Shown here piece by piece: positions 50,688-60,160 of a stretch of DNA of 64,000 bases (position 1 is its first letter; each line of letters opens with the position of its first letter). The notes under the pieces are model-generated. The model was given only the letters and a program-made list of their open reading frames with translations, had not been told where the DNA came from and did no database searches. A program made the position numbers and the translations under genes. This DNA is from Myxococcales bacterium. Lineage in GTDB: Bacteria; Myxococcota_A; UBA9042. The DNA lies in the NCBI GenBank assembly GCA_009692465.1, contig SHZD01000003.1, forward strand, positions 15,121-79,120, in the 5' to 3' direction.

Positions 50688-52130
50688 GTGGATCCTGAAC
50701 CCCTGTTAGCGACAACTACGGTCGCTGCGCTCAACGACGGCCTGACGCTGTCCGTGCTCCTGCTCATTGGTTCGCTGGTTACCTGCTTCCTGTTTGCCGG
50801 AACAGAGACCGCGATCATGTCGATGGGCGAAATGCGCATCAAGAAATTGCTGGAAAGCCATCACGGCCCCGACGGTTTTTTGCAGTTGTGGCTACATAAG
50901 CCTTCGGAAGTATTAACGACTCTGCTGACCGGCAACACGTTGTCTTCGGTCGCGGCGTCGTCGATCGCCACCTCTCTGACGTTGTCGTTGTGTGTCCGTT
51001 ACGGCTTGTCGAACGGAGTGACCGACTGGGTGCTGGCTGCGGCAGTGACCGCATTGGGCGCTGTGCTGCTGATTGCCTGCGAAATTGCTCCCAAGACTTT
51101 GGCCAAGCACCACCCGGATTGGTTCTTGCAGCCGATGCATGTGGTGTGGATTTTTCACCGGTCGACGCGGTGGTTCTCTCAAGTCATGATTTGGGCCGCC
51201 ATGTTCATCGTTCGGCGGCTGGGTGGCGGTTCGCTGCCGACGGCCAATGAGGTCACCGAAGCGCAGATTGAAGACATGGTGCGAATGGGCAACGAATCTG
51301 GCAGCTTGCCCGAAGATGAAGGCGACATTTTGCAGGGCGTGTTCAAGTTGTCGGAGACGTCGCTGACGATGATCATGACCCCGCGCACCAAAATGGCCGC
51401 CTTGCCGATCGACGCCACGCGCGAGGAAGTGCTGGCCGAAGTGCGTGGCAGTCGCTGGTCGCGCTATCCGGTCTACAGCAAGACGCCGGACGCGATCGTG
51501 GGTTTTTTCTACACCAAGGACTTGTTCGATCCCAAGATTGCCTACGACCCCTTTTCGAACAAACCGCGGTTGTTTCGGTTGGCTGACCACTTGCACCAAC
51601 CGATGCGGCTACCGGCGACTATGAAGGCGATCGACGCGCTCAAGGCCTTTCAGAGCAAGAAGATGCACTTGGCGATCGTTACCGACGAGCACGGCGGCAC
51701 CGAAGGCATCGTGTCGCTAGAGGACGTGATCGAAGAATTGGTCGGTGATATTTACGACGAATATGACGAGCCCAAAGTGGCGATCGTCCAGACCGCTGCG
51801 AGTAAGTGGACGCTGGATGGCGACACTGAACTGCGCGAACTTGCAGACACTTTCGGTTTGGAATTGCCCGAAATGGAGTCTACTACCGTTGGCGGCTTCG
51901 TCGTCGAGCAAATCGGCCATTTGCCAGCAGTCGGCGCCGAGATGCATTGGCGCGAGCTGACATTCCGGGTGTTGGAAGCCGACGACACGCGGGTGAAGCG
52001 TCTGGAACTGCTGTACAATCCAGCCAGAGCCAAGACGCCTCAGGCTCACCCCGCCGCCCGGCGCCAGACGGGAACGTTCTCTACGCTGCCACTTGCGCCG
52101 GCGAATTGGCCGGTGTCGGCGGATAACTAG
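50688..52130 (+). CDS. CNNM/hemolysin-family protein (DUF21-CBS-CorC/HlyC)
   Basis: FAGTETA, CEIAPKT, IMTPR, SRYPVY and DEHGGTEGIVSLEDVIEELVGDIYDEYD. Confidence 0.9.
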   Translation: MDPEPLLATTTVAALNDGLTLSVLLLIGSLVTCFLFAGTETAIMSMGEMRIKKLLESHHGPDGFLQLWLHKPSEVLTTLLTGNTLSSVAASSIATSLTLSLCVRYGLSNGVTDWVLAAAVTALGAVLLIACEIAPKTLAKHHPDWFLQPMHVVWIFHRSTRWFSQVMIWAAMFIVRRLGGGSLPTANEVTEAQIEDMVRMGNESGSLPEDEGDILQGVFKLSETSLTMIMTPRTKMAALPIDATREEVLAEVRGSRWSRYPVYSKTPDAIVGFFYTKDLFDPKIAYDPFSNKPRLFRLADHLHQPMRLPATMKAIDALKAFQSKKMHLAIVTDEHGGTEGIVSLEDVIEELVGDIYDEYDEPKVAIVQTAASKWTLDGDTELRELADTFGLELPEMESTTVGGFVVEQIGHLPAVGAEMHWRELTFRVLEADDTRVKRLELLYNPARAKTPQAHPAARRQTGTFSTLPLAPANWPVSADN

Positions 52131-52168
52131 TTGCAGTCCTTAAACACTACAGCGCGAGCCACCCGAAC

Positions 52169-52333
52169 CTAGGCGGCACTGGGCTCGGCGGCACTGGGCT
52201 CGGCGGCAGTGGCCTAGGCGGCAGTAGTCTAGGCGGCAGTAGCCTAGGCGGCAGTAGTCTAGGCGGCAGTAGTCTAGGCGGCAGTAGTCTAGGCGGCAGT
52301 AGTCTAGGCGGCAGTAGTCTAGGCGGCAGTGGT
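52169..52333. repeat. 15-bp tandem repeat x11 copying the grxD 3' end
   Basis: Unit CTAGGCGGCAGTAGT. The last unit is the grxD stop plus final four codons. Confidence 0.92.
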
Positions 52334-52651
52334 CTCGGCGACCGCCGCCTTGAGCATCGGCTCCAATTGGCCGTTTTGGTACAGGTCAACGGTGATGTCA
52401 CAGCCGCCGACCAATTCGCCCTTGACGTACAACTGCGGCACGGTCGGCCACTGACCGTACTGCTTGACGCCCTCGCGAATGTCCGGATCTTGCAGGACAT
52501 TGACCGTTGAAAACGCCACGCCGCAGGCCTTGAGGGCCTCGACGGTTCGCGCCGAAAATCCGCACATGGGCATGGCGGGCGTGCCTTTCATGAACAGCAC
52601 GACCGGCTTTGAGTGAACGAGTTCGTCGATTTCTTTTTGAACATCACGCAT
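52319..52651 (-). CDS. grxD: Monothiol glutaredoxin Grx4
   Basis: LFMKGT, CGFS, WPTVPQLY and GGCDI. AGGAG RBS. Confidence 0.95.
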   Translation of the reverse strand: MRDVQKEIDELVHSKPVVLFMKGTPAMPMCGFSARTVEALKACGVAFSTVNVLQDPDIREGVKQYGQWPTVPQLYVKGELVGGCDITVDLYQNGQLEPMLKAAVAETTAA

Positions 52652-52665
52652 CTGCGATTCTCCTA

Positions 52666-52800
52666 GAGAGCCGATCAACTAAGATTTGCTCGGCGTCTCC
52701 TTGCTTGTTTTGTGGGTCGCGAGCGTGCGCCCGGGGCGTCTCGCCGCTCCACTTTTGGTTGGCAGTTCTTTCCGTTAAAGCCTTAGCTGGGTTAGGTCCC
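52666..52800. mobile_element. 135-bp MITE-like repeat, family B
   Basis: Imperfect TIR GAGAGCCGATCAACTAAG / CTTAGCTGGGTTAGGTCCC, inside CTAG at both ends. Confidence 0.7.
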
Positions 52801-53018
52801 TAGGAGCCTGTCGGAAATCAATCGGTTATGAAATGTCTATCAGGTTATACACAATGAATCTATTACGATTCGACAGGCTCCTAGCCATTCAGATATTCTC
52901 AACTGTCCAAGAACTGCCCGGAGAACTGGCCGAATCAAATTCGTGCAGTTTCGGACAGTTGCCGCCGTCTAGCCAGACGGCGCTAGGAGCGAGTCGGAAT
53001 ACTTCGACACGCTCCTAG
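52800..53018. mobile_element. Composite repeat, family D
   Basis: Near-identical inverted copy of 48551-48769. The end CTAG is the bolA stop. Confidence 0.9.
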
Positions 53019-53251
53019 ACTGCTGGTTGGGCGAGCGGCCGCGTCTTGAGGCCGAGCGCGTGGATTTCGTAGCCAACGCGCTCACCGAGCGCTGCATACA
53101 CCGCGCGGTGCTGGACGATCATGGACTGGCCGACGAACTGAGGGGCGGCCACCTCAACTTCAAAGTGATCGCCGCCGCCGGTGGTGTCGGTAACGGAAAT
53201 CTGGGCGCCGGCAAACGCCTGGGCCAAGGTCGCTTCGATCCATTCTTTCAT
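53015..53251 (-). CDS. bolA: BolA/IbaG-family protein
   Basis: GGDHF, QHRAVY and IHALGLKT. Upstream of grxD. Confidence 0.9.
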   Translation of the reverse strand: MKEWIEATLAQAFAGAQISVTDTTGGGDHFEVEVAAPQFVGQSMIVQHRAVYAALGERVGYEIHALGLKTRPLAQPAV

Positions 53252-53442
53252 CGGTGCCGCGCCTGTGCCGCCAAGGAACTGGCGGGGTGCCAAAATAGGC
53301 GTCGCCCCGCCGCGCGCAAGGTCTTGCGTGGATCTGCGCCAGACGACACACCTTTGTTGGGCACCTCGAGCCTGCTTGACGGCCGTCGCGGCCTCGGCTT
53401 TGCTGTGTGGGTCGGCTTCAGCCAGTCGGCAGCCAAGGGCCG

Positions 53443-54498
53443 ATGAGCAACAGTGCCAGTGCGCCGGTGATCGGGGTCGTCACTAATCCCAATAGCCAGA
53501 AAAATCGAGCCAATCCACAGCGCTATGAGCAGATGCGTGCGGTGGTCGGCGACTTGGGGCTGGTGCGGCGCACCCAGGACGTGACCGCGATCGCCAATGT
53601 GGTGCGCGAGTTCTTGGCGGCCGGGATACGCTATTTCGTGGCCGATGGTGGCGACGGGGCCTTTCACTGGCTGATGAACACCATCTGGCAGGTTTTGGAC
53701 AAGGACAACACTGCCAATTGGCCAGCGATCTTGCCAACTAACGCCGGCACCATCGACTTTGTCGGCCGCAAAGCCGAGGTCATCGGCGGTTGCGATCAGT
53801 TGCTGCCCGAATTGGTGCGCTTGATCGACAGCGGCGGGGCCCCCAAGATTGTGCGCTTGCCGACCTTTGACCTGCGCGGGACCTACGGGCCCAACGCCGA
53901 CTTTCCGGGCAAACCCTTTGAAAAACTTGGGTTTGCCACCGCGGTGGCCGGCATCAGTCAGCGCTTCTTTGATAAGTTCTATGCCCACGATCGCCAAGAT
54001 GGGCCGGGGATCGCTTTTTTGGTGGCCAAGATCTTGAGTTCACAGGCGTCGCGCACACCGCTACTGAGTTGGGTGCCGATGCCGGTGGGTTGGCGCTACT
54101 TTGGCGAACCGGTGTTTGAAGGTATCCCGGCTGAGGTGTGGCTCGACGGCGAAAAACTGCCAATTGCCGTGTTCCGCGATCTGGATATTGGAGCGATCGA
54201 TATCAATATCAAGAATATGTTTCGATTTTTTCCGCTTGCTCATACCGGCGAGCACCTGCACGTCCAGTGTGGCGATCTGAGTCCCCTGGATGTGCTGAAA
54301 AACCTGCCGCGGATGGCCACAGGCAAGACAATGAGCATTGACAACTACGTGCAGCGACAAGTGAAACACGTTAAAGTTGTGCCGTTGCAAGGGCGCACAC
54401 TCGATCCTGTTATCGACGGCGAACTGTACTGGGGTTTGCAGAGTTGCGAGTTGTCGATGGGGCCGAAGGTGCCGGTGGTCCAGTTGCAGGCGCCGTGA
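53443..54498 (+). CDS. Diacylglycerol-kinase-like protein
   Basis: VVTNPNS, DGGDGA, NAGTID and IDGELY. Confidence 0.7.
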   Translation: MSNSASAPVIGVVTNPNSQKNRANPQRYEQMRAVVGDLGLVRRTQDVTAIANVVREFLAAGIRYFVADGGDGAFHWLMNTIWQVLDKDNTANWPAILPTNAGTIDFVGRKAEVIGGCDQLLPELVRLIDSGGAPKIVRLPTFDLRGTYGPNADFPGKPFEKLGFATAVAGISQRFFDKFYAHDRQDGPGIAFLVAKILSSQASRTPLLSWVPMPVGWRYFGEPVFEGIPAEVWLDGEKLPIAVFRDLDIGAIDINIKNMFRFFPLAHTGEHLHVQCGDLSPLDVLKNLPRMATGKTMSIDNYVQRQVKHVKVVPLQGRTLDPVIDGELYWGLQSCELSMGPKVPVVQLQAP

Positions 54499-54622
54499 GG
54501 CTATCCCCGCCAGTCAACTGAATCAGTCGTCGAGCGCCGGGGTGGGGGACAGGCACCAAGCCGCAGTTGCGCGCCGAATGTCCGCGCAAAATCTTGATGT
54601 TGCTCACTATTTCAGCGACAGA

Positions 54623-55621
54623 CTACCAAAACCCTAACCAGCCGCTGGCCAACGGCCGCGTGTGCACCGAATCGCCGTGGTCGCTGCCATGCTGCACGAA
54701 CCAGTCATAGCTTTGCCGCAGCGCTTCGCCATCCGAATGGACGGGCTGCCAGACCAACTGCGCGCAAGTCTGGGTGATATCAAAAGAAAGTGGCCGACCG
54801 TACAGCCGCGCGTGGTACGGCGCCACCACCCCCAACGGCAGTGCCGCCGCCATCCGCAGCGCCGTGCGCACGCCGAAGTCGGGGAGGTGCAGCAGGCGAC
54901 TGCCCGTCCCCGCGTGATCGCACAGCCCGCGCAACAGCGAACGCAAGGCGATTGGCCGCGCCGAACCGGCTAGAAACGGCCCCGCGTGCGGGCAATGGGC
55001 CGCAGCCACGCACAGTCGGGCCAAATCATCGGCGTGGACAAACTGGTACACCGCGGCGCCATCGCCCACCACTACCACCGGTCTGCCGCGGCGCACCCAG
55101 TCAAACAACAGCGAGAACAGCCCGAGGCGGCCCGGGCCCAGCACCGTGCGCGGCCGCACCACCGCCACTGGCAGGCCGGCATCGGCATACAGGTGCGCCA
55201 GTTGGTCGGCGGCCAGCTTGGAGCGGCCATAGGCCTCCAGAGGCTGCGCTTCGCTGGTCATGGTCACTGGCAGCTCCGCAGGAGCCCCATACACGGCGCT
55301 TGAGGACACCACCACTACTTTGGCCACAGCGTGATCGGCGGCCGCCCGCAGCACATTGCGGGTGCCCTCCACATTGACGCTGGCGAACAGTTGCCGATTG
55401 CGCGCTAGGGGCACCGCGGCGGCAGCATGAATCACCCAACGCGTGTCGGCCATGGCGCGGTGCACTGCAGCAAAATCGCGGACATCCCCTTGGACAGCCT
55501 GAGCGCCAGCAATGGAACACGGCGCGATGTCGAACACCCGCACACGCTCGCCGGCTTGCAGCAAGCCGCTCACGATAGCCCGACCACAAAATCCGGCGCC
55601 GCCGGTGACTAGCCAGTGCAT
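54623..55621 (-). CDS. NAD-dependent epimerase/dehydratase
   Basis: TGGAGFCG, SSSAVYG, YGRSK and QFVHADD. Confidence 0.88.
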   Translation of the reverse strand: MHWLVTGGAGFCGRAIVSGLLQAGERVRVFDIAPCSIAGAQAVQGDVRDFAAVHRAMADTRWVIHAAAAVPLARNRQLFASVNVEGTRNVLRAAADHAVAKVVVVSSSAVYGAPAELPVTMTSEAQPLEAYGRSKLAADQLAHLYADAGLPVAVVRPRTVLGPGRLGLFSLLFDWVRRGRPVVVVGDGAAVYQFVHADDLARLCVAAAHCPHAGPFLAGSARPIALRSLLRGLCDHAGTGSRLLHLPDFGVRTALRMAAALPLGVVAPYHARLYGRPLSFDITQTCAQLVWQPVHSDGEALRQSYDWFVQHGSDHGDSVHTRPLASGWLGFW

Positions 55622-55749
55622 GGCACCCTACGTCGTCTCAGTGGAATACCTAACTAATTCAGAAGTGTGGCCCGAAATCACCCGTGTCACCGATAGCCAG
55701 CCTTGATCCCACTGGATTGCATGAAAGCAAAGCCGCGGAATTTAATGCT

Positions 55750-56790
55750 CTAAATTCGAACGCCGCGCTGCAAGGCATCGGCGATGCTGCGGCGCATGCC
55801 CTCTTCTAAGCTGACTTGCGGGGCGAAACCCAGCTCGGCCTGGGCGCGGCCGACGCTGCAGGCGATGTCCTTGTCCATTTCCGACAACACGTGGATTTTC
55901 TGATGGTACAGGCCCAGCGACTGCAGCGCGCGATCCAAAGAGTGGGCCACAGTGGACGCCAAGTGGGGCAAGCGCAGGCGCTTGGAACTGCACGGCAGGC
56001 CGAAGTCCCGTTCCAGCACGGCCTGCACCGTATCGATGATTTCGCGCATCGGATACGGGCGCTCATCGGCAATCCAATAGGTTCGACCGTTGATGCCGGC
56101 AGTGCGCCCGCACAAGTCCATGCCTTGACAGACGTTGTCCACGTAACCCATGGAACGCAAGTTGCTGCCGTCGCCGACTAGCGGCGCTTTGCCAGCGCGA
56201 ATCATCTGAAAAAACAAGGTCTGGCGGGCCGGTTGACCGGGACCGTAGAACCACGGCGGGCGCACCACCACGGCTTCCATCACCCCTAGAGCGGCGATGC
56301 GGTGCACCACGCTCTCGGCCAAACGTTTGCTGTGACCGTAGTTGAGAAACGGCCGATCCTCGCTCATTTCGTCAAACAACGCCGTGCGATGCGGATTGAT
56401 GCCGGCGGGACTATTGGAGGACACGTAGACCATGCGCCGCACACCGGCGATTTGGGCAGCCGCGGCCAGGTTTTGGGTGCCCACAAAGTTCAGCTCGTAC
56501 AGGTCGGCGATCCGTGCAGGGTGAATCAGACCGGCGCAATGGAAAAGCACCGCGCCGGCAGAGTCACGCAAGAAGCTGTGCAAGCTTGGAGGGTCACGCA
56601 AGTCGCCGCTGGCCACTTCGACGCCCATCTGGCGCAGAGCCGTGGCGTCTTGGCCCGGCTGCACTAGACACCGCACCGCAAAACCGGGTTGCCGCGGCAG
56701 ATTGTCGTCCAACCCGCCCGCCTGCAGCCACTGCGCCAGCCGCGAGCCGAGCCAGCCGGGCGTGCCTGTTACGAGAGCTAGTTGTTGCAT
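55750..56790 (-). CDS. NAD-dependent epimerase/dehydratase
   Basis: TGTPGWLG, YVSSNS, YGHSK and RPPWFYGP. Start ATG 56790. Confidence 0.88.
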   Translation of the reverse strand: MQQLALVTGTPGWLGSRLAQWLQAGGLDDNLPRQPGFAVRCLVQPGQDATALRQMGVEVASGDLRDPPSLHSFLRDSAGAVLFHCAGLIHPARIADLYELNFVGTQNLAAAAQIAGVRRMVYVSSNSPAGINPHRTALFDEMSEDRPFLNYGHSKRLAESVVHRIAALGVMEAVVVRPPWFYGPGQPARQTLFFQMIRAGKAPLVGDGSNLRSMGYVDNVCQGMDLCGRTAGINGRTYWIADERPYPMREIIDTVQAVLERDFGLPCSSKRLRLPHLASTVAHSLDRALQSLGLYHQKIHVLSEMDKDIACSVGRAQAELGFAPQVSLEEGMRRSIADALQRGVRI

Positions 56791-57011
56791 GTAGGTCTTG
56801 CGCCACCGATTTTGGCGACCGAGCAGGCCGCGGCGGCGGATTGTCGCACATCGGCGGACAGCGTGCGATCGGAGGCTCGACGAGCATTGGGCGTTGCGGA
56901 TCGGTGTGCTGTGGAGCGGTTTCCGGCACGGTTGCTCCGCGAAGACCCTTGGCCCACAATGACGGCGATCGTTGTCGTCGGCGGTCGCCATCCCAATTCG
57001 CTGGAGTTCCC

Positions 57012-57560
57012 ATGCGCATCGCCATCGTCGGTTCGGCCGGCAGCGGCAAAACCACGCTGGCCAAAGCCCTCGCTGCGCAGCTCAATTGCCCCTACCTAGC
57101 TGACACCATCCCGTTGGTCCTGCGCGACCGCGGCCGCGATTCGTGGCGCGGCGTCGACTCCGCCGACCGGCGCAAGATCCGCGAGGAGGCCTTGACGCGC
57201 AAGCTGCGTCTGGAGGCCGAGCACGACCAGTTCGTCTCGGACAAGAGCGTCATCGATTACTTGGCCTATTGGCTGCAAAATCAGAGCGAATATGAGCAGC
57301 GCCACGTCAGCGATGCGTTTTTGGAGCAGTGCAAGGACGGCGCCAAGCGCTACGACTTGCTGCTATTTTTACCGTTTCGCCCCGAAGTCGAATTTGCGGT
57401 CGGCCGCAATCAAGATCCCAACCACAATCTCAAGGTCGCGGCGCATAAGCGTGGCCTGCTGGTGCTGTTGGGGCTGCCGCACGTCGAGGCGCCGTATACG
57501 TTTGGCGAAAATATGGCGGCGTGGGCGGCGCGCTGGTTGCCAGCGGTGCCCGCGCCATGA
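57012..57560 (+). CDS. P-loop NTPase / kinase (AAA_28, NadR-like)
   Basis: MRIAIVGSAGSGKTTL, SDKSVIDYLAY and YDLLLFL. Confidence 0.8.
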   Translation: MRIAIVGSAGSGKTTLAKALAAQLNCPYLADTIPLVLRDRGRDSWRGVDSADRRKIREEALTRKLRLEAEHDQFVSDKSVIDYLAYWLQNQSEYEQRHVSDAFLEQCKDGAKRYDLLLFLPFRPEVEFAVGRNQDPNHNLKVAAHKRGLLVLLGLPHVEAPYTFGENMAAWAARWLPAVPAP

Positions 57561-57634
57561 AGCGAGCGACGCTGGCTCGAGGGGTGGCGGCATTTTGCCT
57601 CGCGGCGGTAGGGAGTTTTGGCGGGCGCCTGACA

Positions 57635-57758
57635 ACTAATCCGTGCGACTAATCCGTGCGACTAATCCGGGCGACTAATCCGGGCGACTAATCCGGGCGA
57701 CTAATCCGGGCGACTAATCCGGGCGACTAATCCGTTAATCCGTGCGACTAATCCGTGC
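57635..57758. repeat. 13-bp tandem repeat, about 10 copies
   Basis: Unit ACTAATCCG(T/G)GCG with one truncated unit. Confidence 0.92.
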
Positions 57759-57945
57759 CCCTGCTGAACACAGCGCGCCTGCGCACGCCAACGGCCGCCC
57801 GCAAGCAGTTGACCCCACCGCCAGTCACGGCGATCATGCCGCCCGCGTCGGCGGTCTCTGAGCACATCGCCTCCACAAAACCGTCGCGATTTCAATAACT
57901 CACCGCGCGGCCCTGCGCCGCTAGGCCTTGCACAGGAAGCCCCTT

Positions 57946-58935
57946 ATGACCAAGCCCATCGTAGTCGCAGTCACCGGCGCGGCCGGCAATATCGGTTACT
58001 CATTGCTGTTTCGCCTCGCCTCTGGCGAAACTTTTGGCGACCGGCCGGTGATCCTCAAACTGCTCGACTTGCCGATTGCGGAAGCCCAAAAAAAGCTCGA
58101 AGGCACCGCGATGGAAGTGCTCGATTGCGGCTTTAAAACCCTAGTCGGCGTGCAATGTAGCGGCGACGCCAACGTGGCTTTCGACGGCGCCTCGTGGGTG
58201 TTGCTGGTGGGCAGCAAGCCGCGCGGTCCGGGCATGGCGCGTGCGGATTTGATTCGCGAAAACGGCCCGATTTTTGTGGGCCAAGGCAATGCCCTGCAGC
58301 GCGGCGCCAGCGACATGCGGGTTCTAGTGGTCGGCAACCCGTGCAACACCAACTGCCTGATCGCCGCCAGCAACTGCGCCGGGGTCCCCAAGGAGCGTTT
58401 TAGCGCCATGACGCGACTCGACGAAAACCGCGCGATCGCCCAACTCGCCGGCAAAGCGGGCTGCACCAACGCCGAAATCGCCGGGCTGACCGTGTTTGGC
58501 AACCACAGCGAGTCGATGTACCCCGATTTTGAGAACGCGACGATCCGCGGCCAACCGGCCACCAACGTCATCGGCGACCTCAACTGGCTGCAGACCACGT
58601 TTGTGGCCAATGTCCAAAATCGCGGCAAGGCGATTATCGCAGCGCGCGGGCTGAGTTCGGCGGCATCGGCGGCATCGGCGGCCATTGACCACGTGAAAGA
58701 CTTCGAGCGCGCCACCCCAGCGGGCCAGTGGTTTTCGGCGGCAGTGTGGTCCGAGGGCTCGTATGCGTCGCCTGCAGGCATCTACACCTCGCTGCCGGTG
58801 TCTTCCGATGGCAAGGGCGGCTACAGCGTGGTCCAGGGCCTGCAGCTGTCGCCGTGGGCGCAGGACAAGGTGGCCGCCACCAACAAGGAATTGCTCGACG
58901 AACGCGCGGTGGTCGCCGATTTGCTCAAAGGCTAG
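57946..58935 (+). CDS. mdh: Malate dehydrogenase
   Basis: VTGAAGNIGY, PRGPGM, VVGNPCNTN, MTRLDENRA, GNHS and SSAASAA. Confidence 0.96.
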   Translation: MTKPIVVAVTGAAGNIGYSLLFRLASGETFGDRPVILKLLDLPIAEAQKKLEGTAMEVLDCGFKTLVGVQCSGDANVAFDGASWVLLVGSKPRGPGMARADLIRENGPIFVGQGNALQRGASDMRVLVVGNPCNTNCLIAASNCAGVPKERFSAMTRLDENRAIAQLAGKAGCTNAEIAGLTVFGNHSESMYPDFENATIRGQPATNVIGDLNWLQTTFVANVQNRGKAIIAARGLSSAASAASAAIDHVKDFERATPAGQWFSAAVWSEGSYASPAGIYTSLPVSSDGKGGYSVVQGLQLSPWAQDKVAATNKELLDERAVVADLLKG

Positions 58936-59138
58936 GAGCCTGTCGGAAATCAATCGGTTATGAAATGTCTATCAGGTTACACACAATGAATCTAGTACGA
59001 TCCGACATGCTCCTAGCCAGTCAACTATTGTCAACTGTCCGAGAACTGCCCGGAGTGAATCCGTGTAGTTTCAGACAGTTGCCGCCGTCTAGCCAGACGG
59101 CGCTAGGAGCGAGACGGAATACTCCGACACGCTCCTAG
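58932..59138. mobile_element. Composite repeat, family D
   Basis: Begins at the mdh TAG. Same layout as 52800 with a short core deletion. Confidence 0.9.
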
Positions 59139-59227
59139 CCCAATGGCCCAAACACCGAAGGCAGCGGTTCCCACTGCCACTGAGCACGGCTGCTGCGCCA
59201 CAGGCCAGCCACGAGGAGGGGATTGCC

Positions 59228-59974
59228 GTGGAAGGCGACGTTGTTTCGGTCCAACCTGCTGGCGTGGCCAAGGTGGTCGCGCGCCTGACCCAGTCGTCGC
59301 TTGGCCTCAAAGCGCTGGTGGCTGTGACCGGCTTGGGCCTAGTGGCCTTTGCCTTTGTGCATATGGCCGGGCACTTGCAGATGTTCGCGCTGCTGGGCGG
59401 CCAAGAGGGCTACAACCAGTACGCCCACAAGCTGCAATCGCTGGGCGCGCTGAAGTGGGCGGCCCGCGCTGGCCTGTTGGCGCTGACGCTGGTGCACGTC
59501 ATCGCTACGTTAAAGCTGATTGCCCGCAATCGCAGCGCGCGGCCGATTGGTTACGCCAGCAACCACTGGCTGACCGCGAGCGTGGCCAGCCAGACCATGC
59601 GGGTGACTGGGCCAATATTACTGTTCTTCATTATTTATCACCTGTTGCACTTTACCGCGCTGGTGGTCTCGGCGCAGGGCTACGAGGCGATGGAGTACAT
59701 GCTGCGCGATGGCAGCAATTTGGTGGTCGGTGATGCCTACGGTCGGATGGTCCAGGCGTTCCGCGATCCGCTGCTGACGGTGGTGTATGTGCTCGCCGTG
59801 GGCTTGCTAGGCGTGCACCTTGCTCACGGAATTTCAAGTCTTTTTCAAACCTTGGGCCTGACCAACAGCACCTATCGGCCAGCTCTGGCGACCGCGGGGC
59901 CGCTGCTGGCTGGGCTGCTGACCGCGGGCTTTGCAGTGGTGCCACTGGCGATACTCACTGGAGTCATTCAGTAA
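59228..59974 (+). CDS. sdhC: Succinate dehydrogenase cytochrome b subunit
   Basis: Five TM segments with His ligands (HM, HV, HLLH, HLAHG) and SLFQTLG. Upstream of sdhA. Confidence 0.9.
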   Translation: MEGDVVSVQPAGVAKVVARLTQSSLGLKALVAVTGLGLVAFAFVHMAGHLQMFALLGGQEGYNQYAHKLQSLGALKWAARAGLLALTLVHVIATLKLIARNRSARPIGYASNHWLTASVASQTMRVTGPILLFFIIYHLLHFTALVVSAQGYEAMEYMLRDGSNLVVGDAYGRMVQAFRDPLLTVVYVLAVGLLGVHLAHGISSLFQTLGLTNSTYRPALATAGPLLAGLLTAGFAVVPLAILTGVIQ

Positions 59975-60064
59975 TTTCACTGGCCATTCAGTAATTTCAC
60001 TGGCTATTCAGTAATTTCACTGGCCATTCAGTAATTTCACTGGCCATTCAGTAATTTCACTGGC
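59955..60064 (+). repeat. 20-bp tandem repeat x5 copying the sdhC 3' end
   Basis: Unit CATTCAGTAATTTCACTGGC. The first copy contains the sdhC TAA. Confidence 0.92.
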
Positions 60065-60160
60065 ACTGCTGCATCTGCCCCCATCCAAGTCGAGCTCTTG
60101 CTCGTTGCCATCAAGGGCAGTTGCTCCTTTCCACTTTGAGCCACAGCAAAGGGTGCGGCC

